A stretch of 64,000 nt of DNA from the NCBI GenBank assembly GCA_951406725.2, contig OX597821.1, forward strand, positions 20,956,001 through 21,020,000, given 5' to 3'. Every line of letters starts with the position of its first letter. Position 1 is the first letter of the stretch. Source of the DNA: Octopus vulgaris. Taxonomy: Eukaryota. The notes beneath the pieces are model-generated. The model saw only the letters and a program-made list of their open reading frames with translations. It was not told where the DNA came from and ran no database searches. The translations under genes were made by a program, and so were the position numbers. Shown one piece after another: positions 12,131-25,925 of this stretch.

Positions 12131-14238
12131 TTATTAAATATGTACATATTAAAAACATATTAAAAAAAACATTTACTCATTAAATAACTAATTAGGAATT
12201 ATCTAATTAAAATATTTTATAATAAAAATTGCATAACGATATAATTATTGTAACAGATATGCTGCTTTTAATCCCTTGTTATTTTTAGGTGCAAACGAAA
12301 TTGATAAGTTTGATAAAAATTTGTATTGAAAAGAATATTTACAATATTATCATGTATTCAATTATAAATTTTAACGTAATTAATCATAGTAATGGAAGCA
12401 TTGCGTGGAAGAAAATGGATTAGAATGGAAAATGCGGGTACATTCACCTAGATAAGTTATAAGTATTGAACCTGAGAATTTAGAGAACAAGCAGTAATTA
12501 AGGCTGGACAAGGACAGGACAAGAAAAACAAACTTAGAATATCACTGCTAAAAATAGAATTTGCTAAATGAATTTTTGAAACTGTTCTCAAAATAGAGTG
12601 TGCACTCTTTTTTATACATATTTTTTGCTTGTTATTGTATTAAAAAAAAATTGGTTAATATTTTTGATTTTAAAACTATTTTGTACTAAGCTAAATCGAT
12701 TTTGCTTTATTTTTAGTAGTATATTATTGTTTTAATTTTATTTTCTTAACGAGACTCATTACTCCAAAGTTTTAAATCATAAATATTTTGTTATAGAATT
12801 ACTCTCATGGAGAATATATGAAATAAATTTTAAAGAAATAAATTTCTAAAGAAACAAAGAATTAATTTATTTAAAGTTTGCATTATCAGATAACAAAGTA
12901 ATTTCTATTTGTAGTTAGAAAAATATTTAAAATATGAAAGCTAATGAACACAATGAGTAGAAAATGACTAGTTTTTTATAATTCTCAATTTTCCTTAAGT
13001 TGCTATTATGTAATTTTTTAAATATATAATTTGTAATATCCAATGTTTAAAGTGTAAACTTGCAAGGAATTATTCTTTTCGCGAAAATTAAAAACAAATA
13101 GCTGCTTGTGTGTGTTGATATAAAATTTTAAGTATATAAAATATAAGATGCATTTATCTTTATTATAGATTTTAAACATCATAAACGATGTTTCGAATTT
13201 CTTTTCTTTTTCCGGTTTAATTACTGCTGGTTCTATACTGTTCAACGTTCGATATTTAAGAATACTCTAGGGTACTGCGCTTGCATTTTTCATTCAAGCA
13301 TATATGCCTCGTATTACAGTAAGTTTCGTTCTCAGAAATGCAAATTTCACGTTTTATTTTCCTTCCATCTGGTACATAATCAGATGTTTTCCTAATGAAG
13401 AAATTATACGAAATTGATTATTTTAGAATGTATTATCTGAGTTAAACAAATTCCAAAATGTTTTATGTTTCATTTTTAATGAATGTGATTTTGGCTAAAC
13501 TAAAGAATTTATCCAGGAATATATCGATACACCTACATTTTCTGTGGGGAAATGTAGATATTTATATTCCCACTAGGGACCTGGTATATATACGTTATTG
13601 CGTATTTATTGGGTAACATTCAATATTATACAAACAATTAGGTATGTAAATGAATCAGGATACATATCAGTAATAGCTGTTGGTCTTCGTTGAAGAGAAA
13701 ATTAGTGATGCAAGTATATAGTAGCCCCCCGTATAATGTGAAATTATTTTCGTTTTGCATAGAGACAAAACTTAATGTGTTTAAATTTTTAAATCGGCTG
13801 AAGGAAACGGTTTTCTCATGACGTAATCGAAATATTCTACAACGAAAAACGTGTCTCAAACACCTAATGTGAACCTTTAACATATTCGTGTTCTTATTTT
13901 TTTGTAAACACCATACCTGAAAACTTACATATGTTGGATCTGAACTTATTTTGGATTATGAAAATGCATGTCGGTGTGCATGAATATGTAATGCCATGTA
14001 CAACTACATCTGTACGCATGTGTATAATTCTGTTTACACATAAATGTAATTTGTAAGAGTAGCATTATATACTTTTCTGCATGGATATATACAGCTCTCT
14101 TTGTATATGGTATATTCACGGACGTGTGGATCTCAACTCTAGCTTGGTGTCCTTGATATTCAAATAATCTAATTCAAATTAATCCTAAAAATAACAATGT
14201 ATACGTGTGAGTATGTGTGCACGCACGTGTGTTTAGGG

Positions 14239-14280
<42 letters not shown>

Positions 14281-14439
14281 ATATGTCTATATATGTTATA
14301 TGTAAAAAATATGTATGTATATGAAAATAGGTACATAAATACATACTATGAGTATGTGTACAGGTCTACGTTCATATATATGTGCCTCAGCATGGCCGCA
14401 GTCTATGGCTGAAACAAGTGAAAGACAGAAGATAAGATA

Positions 14440-14499
<60 letters not shown>

Positions 14500-14501
<2 letters not shown>

Positions 14502-16908
14502 CACATATATGCCTTTATATACAGAGCACAACATTGTTGAACTAACTATATATGGTCCTCTGCAAACTGTTGGTATCTACCCTATCAGGAGGAGTCAAAC
14601 CTTATCCAATCTGAATTCCCATGAGACGAAATGGGAATCGACCCGCAAAGAGACCTAGAAACAAATACTGCTACGATATTCTGTGTATGCAAGACATTGA
14701 TCTGAAACTCAGCCAGTTTATGTCGACAGTGCAAGCTATACGCGCTAAATATATCCCAGAAAGAAATGTCAGCACACTGTGAAACAAGATTCCCAGGGAC
14801 AGAAAAAAGTCGCATGAGACATAGGTCAAAGATCTCAAAGCGGATGAATAGACAACTGACGGATAGAGAGGTCTGTCTTAACACCGACGCTCCTAGAAAT
14901 TGAAAGCAAGATCAAACTCTCGCATGAAAGGGAAAGAATAGAGAGGGAGGAGAGAAGGGCCGTGGAAAGCATTAAACAAATTCCAAAGCTTTCTATAAAT
15001 TTGCAAAGGAAACAGCTACAACACAATATAAAATAGCACCATTGTTCCAAAGGAATGACTCACAGACAGCAGATCCAGGAAGAATAAGTGAGATACTCAC
15101 AGCGAACAATTTAAAAGTGTCTTCACTTCCCCCCTTGGACACATGCAGATAAAAAAATCCAGCTGAATTCTTTTGAATTGCATCTCTGAAAAAGGCGGCA
15201 CCAGCCATCGATTACATCAACATTGAAGAAACAGATGTAACAGCGGCTACAGATGAAATGAGATCATGCTCCACCACTGGTCCTGATGGATTTCCAGCAA
15301 TTCTCCTAAAGTTGTGCAAGCAGGCTTTAGCGAAACCACTTCAGATACTTTTCCAATGTTCCCTTGCAAGTGGTATACTTCCTAAGAAGCTGAAAGGTAT
15401 TATACGCCCTATCCACAAAGGTGGAAGCAGAGCAGGGGCCAAAATCTACTGGCCAATATCTCTGACTTTGTATATCAGTAAAGTCATGGAGCGAATCATA
15501 AAAAAAAAGTTGATAATGTTCCTAGAAGAAAATGGCCTACTGAAGAAGATGCCTCACACAGCTCCTACAGCATTGTGACTGGGTTTTGAAACAGCTGCTT
15601 TAACATTCAGATGTCAGTGTGATATACCTTGATTTTGCAAAGGCATTTGATAAGGTAGATCACGGCATGATAAGTCATAAGCTACGAGACCTTCGCATCG
15701 CCGGTAAAGTGGGAGAGAGGCTGCATGGCTTGCTAAAAACAGAAGTCAGGTGGTTGCAACTAATGGCGCCCTTTCTGCGGAAAATGAATTCGTAAGTGCT
15801 GCTCTCCAGGGAACTGTTCTGGTGCTATTACCGTTCATAATAGCCCTCTTAGACATGCCCATAGTCCCCCTGATACCACTGTTACTAGCTATGCCGATGA
15901 CGCAAAATTATCGCAGGCAGCAAAAAAGTTAGAGGATGTTACAAGCTTACAGGGAGACCTGAACTCAGTATACAAGTGGGCTGCAATAAACAACATGCAT
16001 TTTGATGCTGGAAAATTTGAAGAACTACAATATAAACTCACTACAAATAAAGTTCAATGTACATTTATAGGACGCGAAGGCACTACAATCCCTGAGTCAC
16101 GGGCAGTGAAAGACTTGGGGATGAGCATGTGCAATGATGCATCACTGGACATGCATATAAGCAAGATAGCTGCAAAATGAAGACAACTGGCAGAATGGGT
16201 ACTGAGGTCCTTCAATACAAGAGTCCAAAAAAGTATGTTGACACTGCGAAGAACCTTTGTTCACGACCGCCTGGACTACTGTTCCCAGTTATGGTCACCA
16301 CATTGTTCCAAACTAACAGCGGTGCTTGAAGCAGTCCAACGTCACTACACTAAAAAGATTGAAACAGTGCAGTGAATGAGCTATAGGGATAGCCTCAGAA
16401 AATTACAACACTACTCCTTGGAGCGAAGGCGTGACAGATACGCTATAACAAACATATGGAAAATGCTAGAAGGGCTAGTACCTAACTTTGGCATTGAGTA
16501 CTATACAAATGCCAGAACTGGCCGCCATTGCATTGTATCAAAGGTGCCGTCCACTCCATCTAAATTCAGGACTAGGTATTACAATAGTCTAGGGTTGAAA
16601 GGCCCACAGCTTTTGAATACCATGCCACAAAAAGTAAGAAATTTGCATAAGGTGGAAGTAGGTGTCTTCAAAAAGGAATTAGATATTCTCCTCTCCACAA
16701 TGCCGTATGAACCAACGGCCCGACATGAGGTACAGACGAGGACTGCGGAATAACACTCAATTATACACAAATGTACCAATAGCTGGGAAAAAGGCCCATA
16801 CAAGAGTGGTGATGTGAAACACCCAGACTGAGGAAGTCAGAAAGACCATGATGGTGCTCCAGCATGACAACAACCGCATGGCTTAAACGAGTAAAGGAGT
16901 AAAAGAGT
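14500..16908 (+). mobile_element. Degenerate CR1-group LINE (RT and C-terminal region)
   Basis: Motifs GPDGFP, PIHKGG..YWPISLT, IYLDFAKAFDKVDH (~15620), LQGTVL, YADD (~15890), LDYCSQLWSP, SLERRRDRY, RTGRHC; tail GGTGCTCCAGCATG...AGTAAAGGAGTAAAAGAGTA; multiple stops and frameshifts. Confidence 0.88.
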
Positions 16909-17044
16909 ATATATCTTGAAAAATGCCCGGAAATGTATTACTTTTAGTGCCGACTAATATCACAAGTGTTAATATAAACTCTAACCTAGTTATTGTGGAC
17001 CTTTATCTCAAGCCCTCAATAGAAAACATATCGCATATTTATAT

Positions 17045-17107
<63 letters not shown>

Positions 17108-17259
17108 TATACATATATATATATTTGTGTATAATTATTATAATTATAAAAAAAAATACGAGCTACTACAGTAATCCTCCCTTCTCAACACATGAAATAT
17201 GTATGTACCTATGGTTTTGTTTGTACGTAAATATATTCAATTATTATTATTATTATTCA

Positions 17260-17715
17260 GTAGTTTTATTTTTATTTTTATAGCGTGCTTTTACTTCACT
17301 ACCGAGCGCAGCTCTGTGTGCCTTGGGTATGTGCTGTGATTTGTTGTGATGCTCTGATGGTTATTGTATGGAAAGTGTTCTGCGTAGGATGTGTGCAGTG
17401 CCTAGTAGTGCAATTTTCTGTATGTTATATGTGTTTGTAAGTCCTGGTGTTTTTGTTATGTATTTGTCTGAATATTTTTTTATCATGCCTAATGCACCTA
17501 CTATGATAGGAATTGTTTCTGTTTTCAGATTCCACATTCTAGTTACCTCTATTTCCAGGTCTTTGTATTTTGAGAGTTTCTCCATTTCTTTTAGAGACAC
17601 GTTGTCATCTGCCGGTACTGATACATCAATTAGAAAGCATTTTTTTTCTTCATGGTCTCTGACAACTATATCTGGTCTGTTGGCCTTAATTTCTCTATCT
17701 GTGTGTATCGGCATA
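17260..17715 (-). mobile_element. 5'-truncated Dong/R4 LINE (RLE domain + 3' UTR), same family as 6500-7665
   Basis: ORF 17361-17714 MPIHTDREIKANRPDIVVRD...LGTAHILRRTLSIQ is near-identical to 7213-7566; (TAA)n on both sides. Confidence 0.92.
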
Positions 17716-18071
17716 TTATTATTATTATTATTATTATTATCATTATTATTATTATTACTATTATTATTATTATTATTATTATTATCATTGTTGTTGTTGT
17801 TGTTATTGTTGTTGTTGTTGTTATTAATATCATTATTATTATTACTATTATTATTATTATTATTTTATTTTATCAAATATATATATATATATTCCTCATT
17901 TCTATACCTGTCCATTCTACAATAATCTTAAGACAGATTGATTATTCAGATTCCACTATTATTTCTCTTTCGATAATTTCCCCTTTCCTATGTTTATGAT
18001 TTATCTAATAAGAATTATATAATACACCTAATAATAATAATAACTGATTCCTTTGTATACATATACATACA

Positions 18072-18106
<35 letters not shown>

Positions 18107-18222
18107 GTATATACATATATAATTGTATACATATGTATTTATGTATATATGCATATGTAAAAGTATGTATATATGTATGTATTTTTTATTTATAACTTAA
18201 CCTTATGAACTTTCTAAACTCT

Positions 18223-18332
18223 CTGACGAAGCCCAGAGGCACACCCAAGTGCCTTATCTACCAAATACTTCAGTTCACTGAAAGGATGGAAGTGAAATGG
18301 ACTACTAACACCTCTTGGCTGAAACTATACTA
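18223..18332 (+). ncRNA. Degenerate hammerhead-like motif with long stem II
   Basis: CTGACGA (18223) AGCC.AGAGG ... CCTCT.GGCT GAAAC (18321); stems I and III are not intact. Confidence 0.35.
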
Positions 18333-18500
18333 CTTTCTATGTTCTATGTTATATATGTTAAGAATTACTGATATTTTTATATATGTAAAGCATAATATGT
18401 TATACATGTATATATATTTTTATAATTGTTTTTTTTTAAAAACATATAATGTCTAAAAGTTGATGAATACCACCTCTTGATCCCCTCCATATTCTTATTG

Positions 18501-18546
<46 letters not shown>

Positions 18547-19164
18547 AGGGAGGGAAGCAGAGAGTGAGGAAGACCTAAATTACACAGCTGTCAGCCGAAG
18601 ATGGAGGAATTACGCGATCCGAGCCAAGTTCTCTAGGCCTTCACTTGACAACAAAATTTCTTGGCAGTTATAGTTGCATAGAGTTACCGGTATATACTCA
18701 AATTTCCCGCAATAATGATTCACGCAGGACAATAGGGCAAGCACCCAAGTGAAGGGAAAGTATCTTTATTGGGAAAATAAAGAAAAATTAACAAGAATTC
18801 ATTGGCTAAGATATTTCCACTGGCAGCACCCGCATTTTCGACTTTAAAAACAACGCTTGATCTGAAAAATATTTAACACATGAAAGAAAATTATTATACG
18901 GAAGTAAAAGGTTCACTTAGGAACACTGAGTTGTGGGGAATATTAAGCAAAACCCAATACAGTGTATTCATTTGTCAAAACCTTTCAAATCGCAGTTTCA
19001 TTAATCTACTGAGTGACAATTGACAAATTGGATTCAATAGTTTGGTTGACAACATTGTCATCGATTTTGTACGTATAGATAAAGGAAAAAATATCAACAT
19101 ATACAATCTGATATATATATGTTATCGACCCTGACATCATAGCCCGAAACAATTAATTTGAAAT

Positions 19165-20251
19165 CAATGATCGTCTCCATCATTTTTTCTCTTCCCACCT
19201 ACCTTCCAATTCCTTTCTCTTCTTTTTCTCTCCTCACCCTCTCCTCTTCCTCAGTCTTCTACTTCTTGTACCATCACCTGCACCACCGTCACCACCACAC
19301 CACCACTACCACCACCACCACCACTACCACCACCACCACCACCACAACCACAACCACAACTATTACTACTACCCTACTTTCTCTCATTCTGTGTCATCTT
19401 TCCTTGTCCACCATCATTACTCCCCCAAGAAATAAGCCTCGAATTTTTACTGCAAACAATTAGAAGAGCTAGAATAACTCGAAGTGCATCGTCAACAGAA
19501 TCCTCGGTGATGCGCTTAAATAAGCTACTGATTCATAGTAGAGTGGGTTCGATATTGTGGCGATGGTGGTGGCGGTGTTGGTGGTGGTCGTGCAGATGGT
19601 GGTGGTGGTGCAGGTGGTGTTACAAGAAGTAGAAGACTGAGAAGGACGAGGAGGATAGAAAAAGAAGAGAAAAGAATAAAAAATGAAAGAGACGATCATT
19701 CATTTCGAATTTTAGTAATCTGAAAGTCCCTAACAATACTTCCGACAAATTTCATGGGGCGAAATCCCAAAGGTCTGTAAGTCAACAATGTAGATGGCTT
19801 GACAAATATCGCACCATCGGTCGTTAATAATGATTCGTGTTATCGGAGTATGTTTCTTATGGTTTGTCTCCATTACCTGAGTTATTAGCATTGAATGATA
19901 TAGAATGCTTGCTGACCGATTATAAGGGTTACTTCTTTCTCGTAATTTCAAGGATCAAGATGTGTTCTGTAGACGTTGTGACATTAAGCGGGTCGCTAAA
20001 CATACGGGCAAAATGTGTTGTTTAATGTTTCAGGATAACGTAAATTATATAGCAAGCGGTGGTGTCCTTGCGGAGCGAAAACAAGCGAAAGTACTTTCAT
20101 GCTAGCTGTGTACACATGCAAGCTGTTGATTTCTTGTGTGTGTGCATATGGATAGCAGGGAAGGGCAAATTCCAAGTGGGTGTAGTGTGTAGCTGCGTAG
20201 ATACACAGGCACACATGAAGATTATGACGACGATGACAATGATGATGTTGT

Positions 20252-20302
<51 letters not shown>

Positions 20303-20460
20303 CGATGATGTTGATGATGAAAGAAAGAAGAAAAAGAGGAAAATTAAACAAAGAGTAGAAAAACAAAATCCTGATAATGACGTGGAGGTGGATAATGATG
20401 GTGGTGGCGGTGATGGTGGACAAGGAAAGAAGATGACACAGAATGAGGGAAAGAAGGGTT

Positions 20461-20501
<41 letters not shown>

Positions 20502-20702
20502 GGTGGTGGTGGTGGTGGCGGTGGTGGTGGTGGTGGTGGTGGTGGTGGTGGTGATGGTGGTGGCGGTGTTGGTGGTGGTCGTGCAGATGGTGGTGGTGGT
20601 GCAGGTGGTGTTACAAGAAGTAGAAGACTGAGAAGGACGAGGAGGATAGAAAAAGAAGAGAAAAGAATAAAAAATGAAAGAGACGATCATTCATTTCGAA
20701 TT
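19165..20702. repeat. Triplicated low-complexity cassette (19165-19420 inverted; 19555-19712 and 20390-20702 direct)
   Basis: GTGCAGGTGGTGTTACAAGAAGTAGAAGACTGAGAAGGACGAGGAGG...GACGATCATTCATTTCGAATT is identical in two copies; a diverged reverse complement lies at 19165-19420. Confidence 0.8.
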
Positions 20703-21419
20703 CTTTTATTCTGTCTGTGTGTGTGATTATTCGAATAAAAAAATGAATGTATGGTAAGTCCACCGGACAACAATCTATTGGTTGTCTCTTTATTTAGATG
20801 AGTAACATATATTACAAATCTCTTACTCTCTCTTTCTATTTCTCTATCTCTCTCATTTTAAATATCTCACATTCTCTCTTCCTTTCTCTCTCTCTCGCCC
20901 TCTCCCAACTAAGAACAAGAAGAAGAACTTCATAATGAATATACACCGTTCTCTCACATTTCAGAGATATAAGGAATGGTAAGTCTGCTAGACGGACACC
21001 GGGCTGTCTGAATTGGCGAGTAAAAAGTAAACATTGCGAAAGCAAGATTTTTATCAATCTCTTCATTATTCCACTCCTCTTCCCCTCCTCCGTTCTGTTT
21101 ACAATCACAACAACAACAACCCGTTTCCTTTCCGTCTCACCTGTTCCCTCTTATCGATTATTTTTCATCTACCTGTATATAATTTTACTACTTAAAAAAA
21201 TAAGTTTCATTCATTTCTTTTATTTTATCATCGTCTTCAACATCGTCGTCATTATCACCGTCATCACCGCCGGTGTCATCATCATCATCATCAGCAGCAG
21301 CAGCATTATTATCATTATCAGCAGCAGCACCATCATCATCATTATCTACATCATCAATATCATCATCATCATTATCTACATCGTCATTATCATCATCTGT
21401 ATCATCACCATACACCATC

Positions 21420-21450
<31 letters not shown>

Positions 21451-21876
21451 TCATCATCGCAACCACCGTCAATCATCATCATCATCATTATCATCATCAT
21501 CATCATGCAGTTAACCACCGCAATTATAATCATTACCACCATCACGACCAATTAATGGTATCAACCAGTATCATGACCACCACCACTACCACCATACTAC
21601 CACCACTACCACCATACCATTTCAATCACCACCACCAGCATCATCACCGTTACCCTCACCACTTCCACAACATCCAAATAGCACGATCTCCAGCACTACC
21701 ATCACCATTCGACTAATTCCAAGACATCTGGTCTGTCTCCCCCACCCCTTACTCACCATTATCAATATATTTCCAAAAAGGTTAATTAAATGAACAAATG
21801 ACACAAAGATCTCTACTTTTCTCCTATTTTATGTCGAGACGGTTTCTTTCTCTCTCTTCTACATCTGCTTTCTTCC

Positions 21877-21935
<59 letters not shown>

Positions 21936-21939
21936 CATG

Positions 21940-21974
<35 letters not shown>

Positions 21975-22913
21975 TATTATTATTGTTGTTGTTGTTGTTA
22001 TTATCATAATAATAATAATAATAATAATTATTATTTTTATTATAGTAACAAAAACATGTATTAGTCTAATTATTACTATCATGATTATTATTTTTCGCTT
22101 TATTCTTGCTTTTGTTCATGTTTTCGCTGATGTTTTTGTTGTTGTTTTTGTCGTTATTGTTGTTGTTGTTGTTCTTGTAGTTGTTGTTGCGGTTGTTTCC
22201 CATCAGTTGTGTCTGTTCTGAGAAAGTATTCGTAAAAATCGATCGATAAGCGAATGTCCGAGAGGAAATAGATTTGCCAAAGAAATAGTCTTTAGTGTTC
22301 CTCTATCTTTCTGTCTCTCTATCTCTCCCTCCCTCCCTCTCTTTCACTCACTATCTTTGTCGGCATTGAGTTTGCAGAAAACAAATAGAAGACAAAAAAA
22401 GTAAAAGATTCAGGATAAAAAGAGAACAAAACCAGATGATGATGATGATGATGAGGAATACGTTGATGACAATGACGAATACGATGATGATGATGATGGG
22501 GATGATGATGATAATGAATATGATCATCATCATCATTTAAAGAATATCATTATATCTTCTTTCCAAACTAATTCTCAGACAGCTGTAATGAGATTCTACA
22601 AACCTTTTCAAAATAAATGTTAAATATTAAATATAATAGCCGTTGGCTATTTTAAGATTCCTTTTCTACTACCATCTCTCTATGTTTCAGTCCATTTCCT
22701 TGTTTTCTTTTTCTTTGTTTTGCTTTTTTCGTGCTTTTAATTTACATTCTATATGTCATATTGAAATTTTGCACATTTGTAGAGTTCTATGTCACTTAAT
22801 GGACAGTTTTTAGGTATATTGAATACATGCTGCTTGTTAGACTTACTTGATGATATATGGTGTCTGTTAACGCTTATATTACATCATATAAAAGAAACTG
22901 ATAAATACATACA

Positions 22914-22946
<33 letters not shown>

Positions 22947-23079
22947 CTATATATATATATAAATACATATAAATATATATAGATGTATATATATATGTGT
23001 GTGTGTAGATATATACATAGATATATACATACATATACATACATACATACATACATACATACATACATACATACATACA

Positions 23080-23107
<28 letters not shown>

Positions 23108-23112
<5 letters not shown>

Positions 23113-23705
23113 CAGGTTGAGTAAAAAGTAAGCAACGTTTTGAACCATGACGAATTTGTACCGGAATTTTGCGGAGCTTAAAATTTTTTGAAATATTTGG
23201 GTGGGGGGGAATTTTTCCAATAATACAGAGATTGATTTCCCAAATGCATCAATGAATTAATATTGCTATATTTCCACCGTTGTTAAAAACATCTGAAATG
23301 GATATTCTAGGAATTTTACTATTCAACTTCTAAAAAGGACGTAAAGCAGCTGTACCTGCTCGCGATATCAACGAAACCCTTGGTGAGGAAATGACCAGTG
23401 AGTGACCAGTTCGAATATGGTTTAAACGATTTCGCAGTGGAGATCTGAGCCTTGAAGGTCGTGAGCGTAGTAGACGCCCATCTGTTATCGATGACGTTTA
23501 ATCAAAGACTGTCATTGAGAAAGATACACCGAAACCACTCGAGAACTAGCAACACAACATCAAATTAGTCAGAAAACTGCCTGAAACCATTTGCATGCGA
23601 TCAAAAAATCAAAAAAATTCGACAAATGAGTACCACTCGATTTGAATAAGAACCAGAAAATGCGCGGATATGAAATTTGCTCTTCGCTTCTTCTCCTTAA
23701 CCATA
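23108..23705 (+). pseudogene. Mariner transposase relic (N-terminal HTH region)
   Basis: Translation from ~23330: KGRKAAVPARDINETLGEE..VRIWFKRFRSGDLSLEGRERSRRP; DK*VPLDLN (WVPHEL-like) at ~23620; possible TIR start TATCAGGTTG at ~23110. Confidence 0.8.
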
Positions 23706-24038
23706 ACTGAAATATTGCGTGCTATTTTTTCGAAGCATAGACGTCTGGTCATAATACATGTGTGGAATTCTGTTTAAAATCCAAGAGCACACATTTATAA
23801 ATATTTAACATTATTGGCTAGATTATAATTGAAATTGCAATATGATCAAACGTCAATATACCGTAGTATGTCATTAAAAGGACTCATACATTTTTCTGTT
23901 ACCATATAAAATTTATTCAGTTGTGTATTAACCAGTCGGACTAATGATTTCGGATTACATCATTTATATGCCTACATACTCACGCAGGCACCAAGACACA
24001 TACCCAGACACATACACACGCACACACACATACATTTA

Positions 24039-24093
<55 letters not shown>

Positions 24094-24094
<1 letters not shown>

Positions 24095-24911
24095 ATTAAT
24101 CAATATAGGGTGGCAAAAAATTTCGCAGAATCTTTTTGCCACCAGCGGCCTAGTGGGGAAAAAATTAAATAGTCATAGACCATTTATAAATTCAACAGCA
24201 AAATCAAGGAACGGCCATAATAGGCCATTCACCCACTAGAAATAACAGCCAAGGCTTCAACCGCAAAACAACATTAATTCCGTAAACCAGGAGAAAATTA
24301 AAAAAACATTTACCCTGTAAATTTAATTTTCTCCTGGTTTACGGAATTAATGTTGTTTTGCGGTTGAAGCCTTGGCTGTTATTTCTAGTGGGTGAATGGC
24401 CTATTATGGCCGTTCCTGATTTTGCTGTTGAATTTATAAATGGTCTATGACTATTTAATTTTTTCCCACTAGGCCGCTGGTGGCAAAAAAATTCTGCGAA
24501 ATTTTTTGCTACCCTATATTGATTAATTATGAATTTTCTGGTTAATTCCGTAATGGAATCGGCGGCTTATATTTGCTGCCGATAAATTTGGCGCGAGTGC
24601 GATGATTTGAAAATTTTAGGTCAGATATTGCTGAGACACTGGTGAAAGTGCCTCGTGTAAATATCTGCTCCGACCTGGGCGTTCTTTACTGATGAATCTA
24701 TCGGCCTATGGAAGACTAGCTTGATTTAATTTAATCAGGTTAGTTTACCATTAAACAATAGAAGAAACGGTGCATCGTATAAAGAATTACAGGGTAAATG
24801 TTTTTTTAATTTTCTCCTGGTTTACGGAATTAATGTTGTTTTGTGGTTGAAGCCTTGGCTGTTATTTCTAGTGGGTGAATGGCCTATTATGGCCGTTCCT
24901 TGATTTTGCTG
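24094..24911 (+). mobile_element. Retrozyme-like / non-autonomous PLE-type element, 483-bp unit: inverted ~225-bp piece + 1.2 tandem units, in (TA)n
   Basis: CTCCTGGTTTACGG recurs at 24331 and 24814; 24094-24320 is the reverse complement of part of the unit; carries an HHR; no ORF. Confidence 0.8.
24682..24786 (+). ncRNA. Type I hammerhead ribozyme with extended stem II
   Basis: Stem I TTCTTTA/TAAAGAA; CTGATGA 24689-24695; GAAAC 24764-24768; near-palindromic stem III ACGGTGCATCGT; GTA cleavage triplet 24777-24779. Confidence 0.85.
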
Positions 24912-24912
24912 T

Positions 24913-24954
<42 letters not shown>

Positions 24955-25377
24955 TATATAGGAACCGTTAAATACGCTGTAATACAATCATACGATAAGA
25001 AGTGTCAAATATTGAAATTATAAAATATAATATTGCGAATAATGTTAAATATTTATAAATGAGTGCTCTTGTGTTTTAAACAGGATTATACACATGTATT
25101 ATGATCAGACGTCTGTGCTTCGAAATAATGGCATGCATTACTCCAATAAATTTTGAAGACATTCTTGGGTTTCTAAAGTGAAGAAATATGTAACCATTGC
25201 TGTCCCTGTGGGTATTTTGCAATAAGCTGCTAAGTATCATTTCAAAAATGTTATGACTCTACAAATCGTCTGCGTTGAGGAATATCACTTAGAACCGATA
25301 TTGTCCTATATTAGCTATTCTTGATTGATAAAGAAATCTTAAGTCTTATTCATGTCATTATGATTACATATATGTGA

Positions 25378-25590
25378 ATGCGGCGAACTAGCAAAATCGT
25401 TAGCGCACCGGGCGAAATGCTTAGAGGTATTTCGTCTGTTCTTAGTTCAAATTCCGCCGAGGTCGACTTTGCCTGCCATTCCTTAGACGTTGATTAAATA
25501 AGTGCCATTTACACACTGGGGCCGATGTGATCGACTTAATTCCTTCCCGGCATTACAGGCCTTGTGCCTTTAGTAGAAAGTATTATCATT
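25378..25590 (+). mobile_element. tRNA-type SINE (family B)
   Basis: GGCGAACTAGCA...GTTCAAATTCCGCCGAGGTCGACTTTG; homologous to 43267-43500(-) and decayed copies near 397-560 and 29540-30010. Confidence 0.75.
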
Positions 25591-25651
25591 ATAATATCGA
25601 TATGGGCCAGCTCGTCAGTCCACTTCCCTAACCACTGGGCCGTTGCGCCTC

Positions 25652-25686
<35 letters not shown>

Positions 25687-25752
25687 GTAGGTCCCGGGTT
25701 GAGTCGGGGTTAACCACAGTAAATAAGGTACTCAATACATAGCAGAGTAAAG

Positions 25753-25861
25753 TAATTTATTTTATAGAAGGAGCTTCTACAGGACTAGAACTGTTTCATT
25801 CAGATGAAATCTTCTTCATCTGAATGAAACAGTTCTAGTCCTGTAGAAGCTCCTTCTATAA

Positions 25862-25870
<9 letters not shown>
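25753..25870. repeat. Perfect palindrome, 56-bp arms, 6-nt loop, abutting (TA)n
   Basis: 25753-25808 is the exact reverse complement of 25815-25870. Confidence 0.95.
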
Positions 25871-25920
<50 letters not shown>

Positions 25921-25925
25921 GAATT

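Larger units (their letters stand above)
23712..25140. repeat. Diverged inverted repeat pair (~140 bp; 23712-23850 and 25005-25140)
   Basis: TTCGAAGCATAGACGTCTGGTCATAATACATGTGT...AAGAGCAC.CATTTATAAATATTTAACATTATT versus its reverse complement at 25038-25125. Confidence 0.75.

Noticed and set aside
9660-14200. Long stretch poor in simple repeats, possible host exons or decayed DNA transposon
   Set aside because: No ORF with recognisable motifs and no terminal repeats identified by eye.
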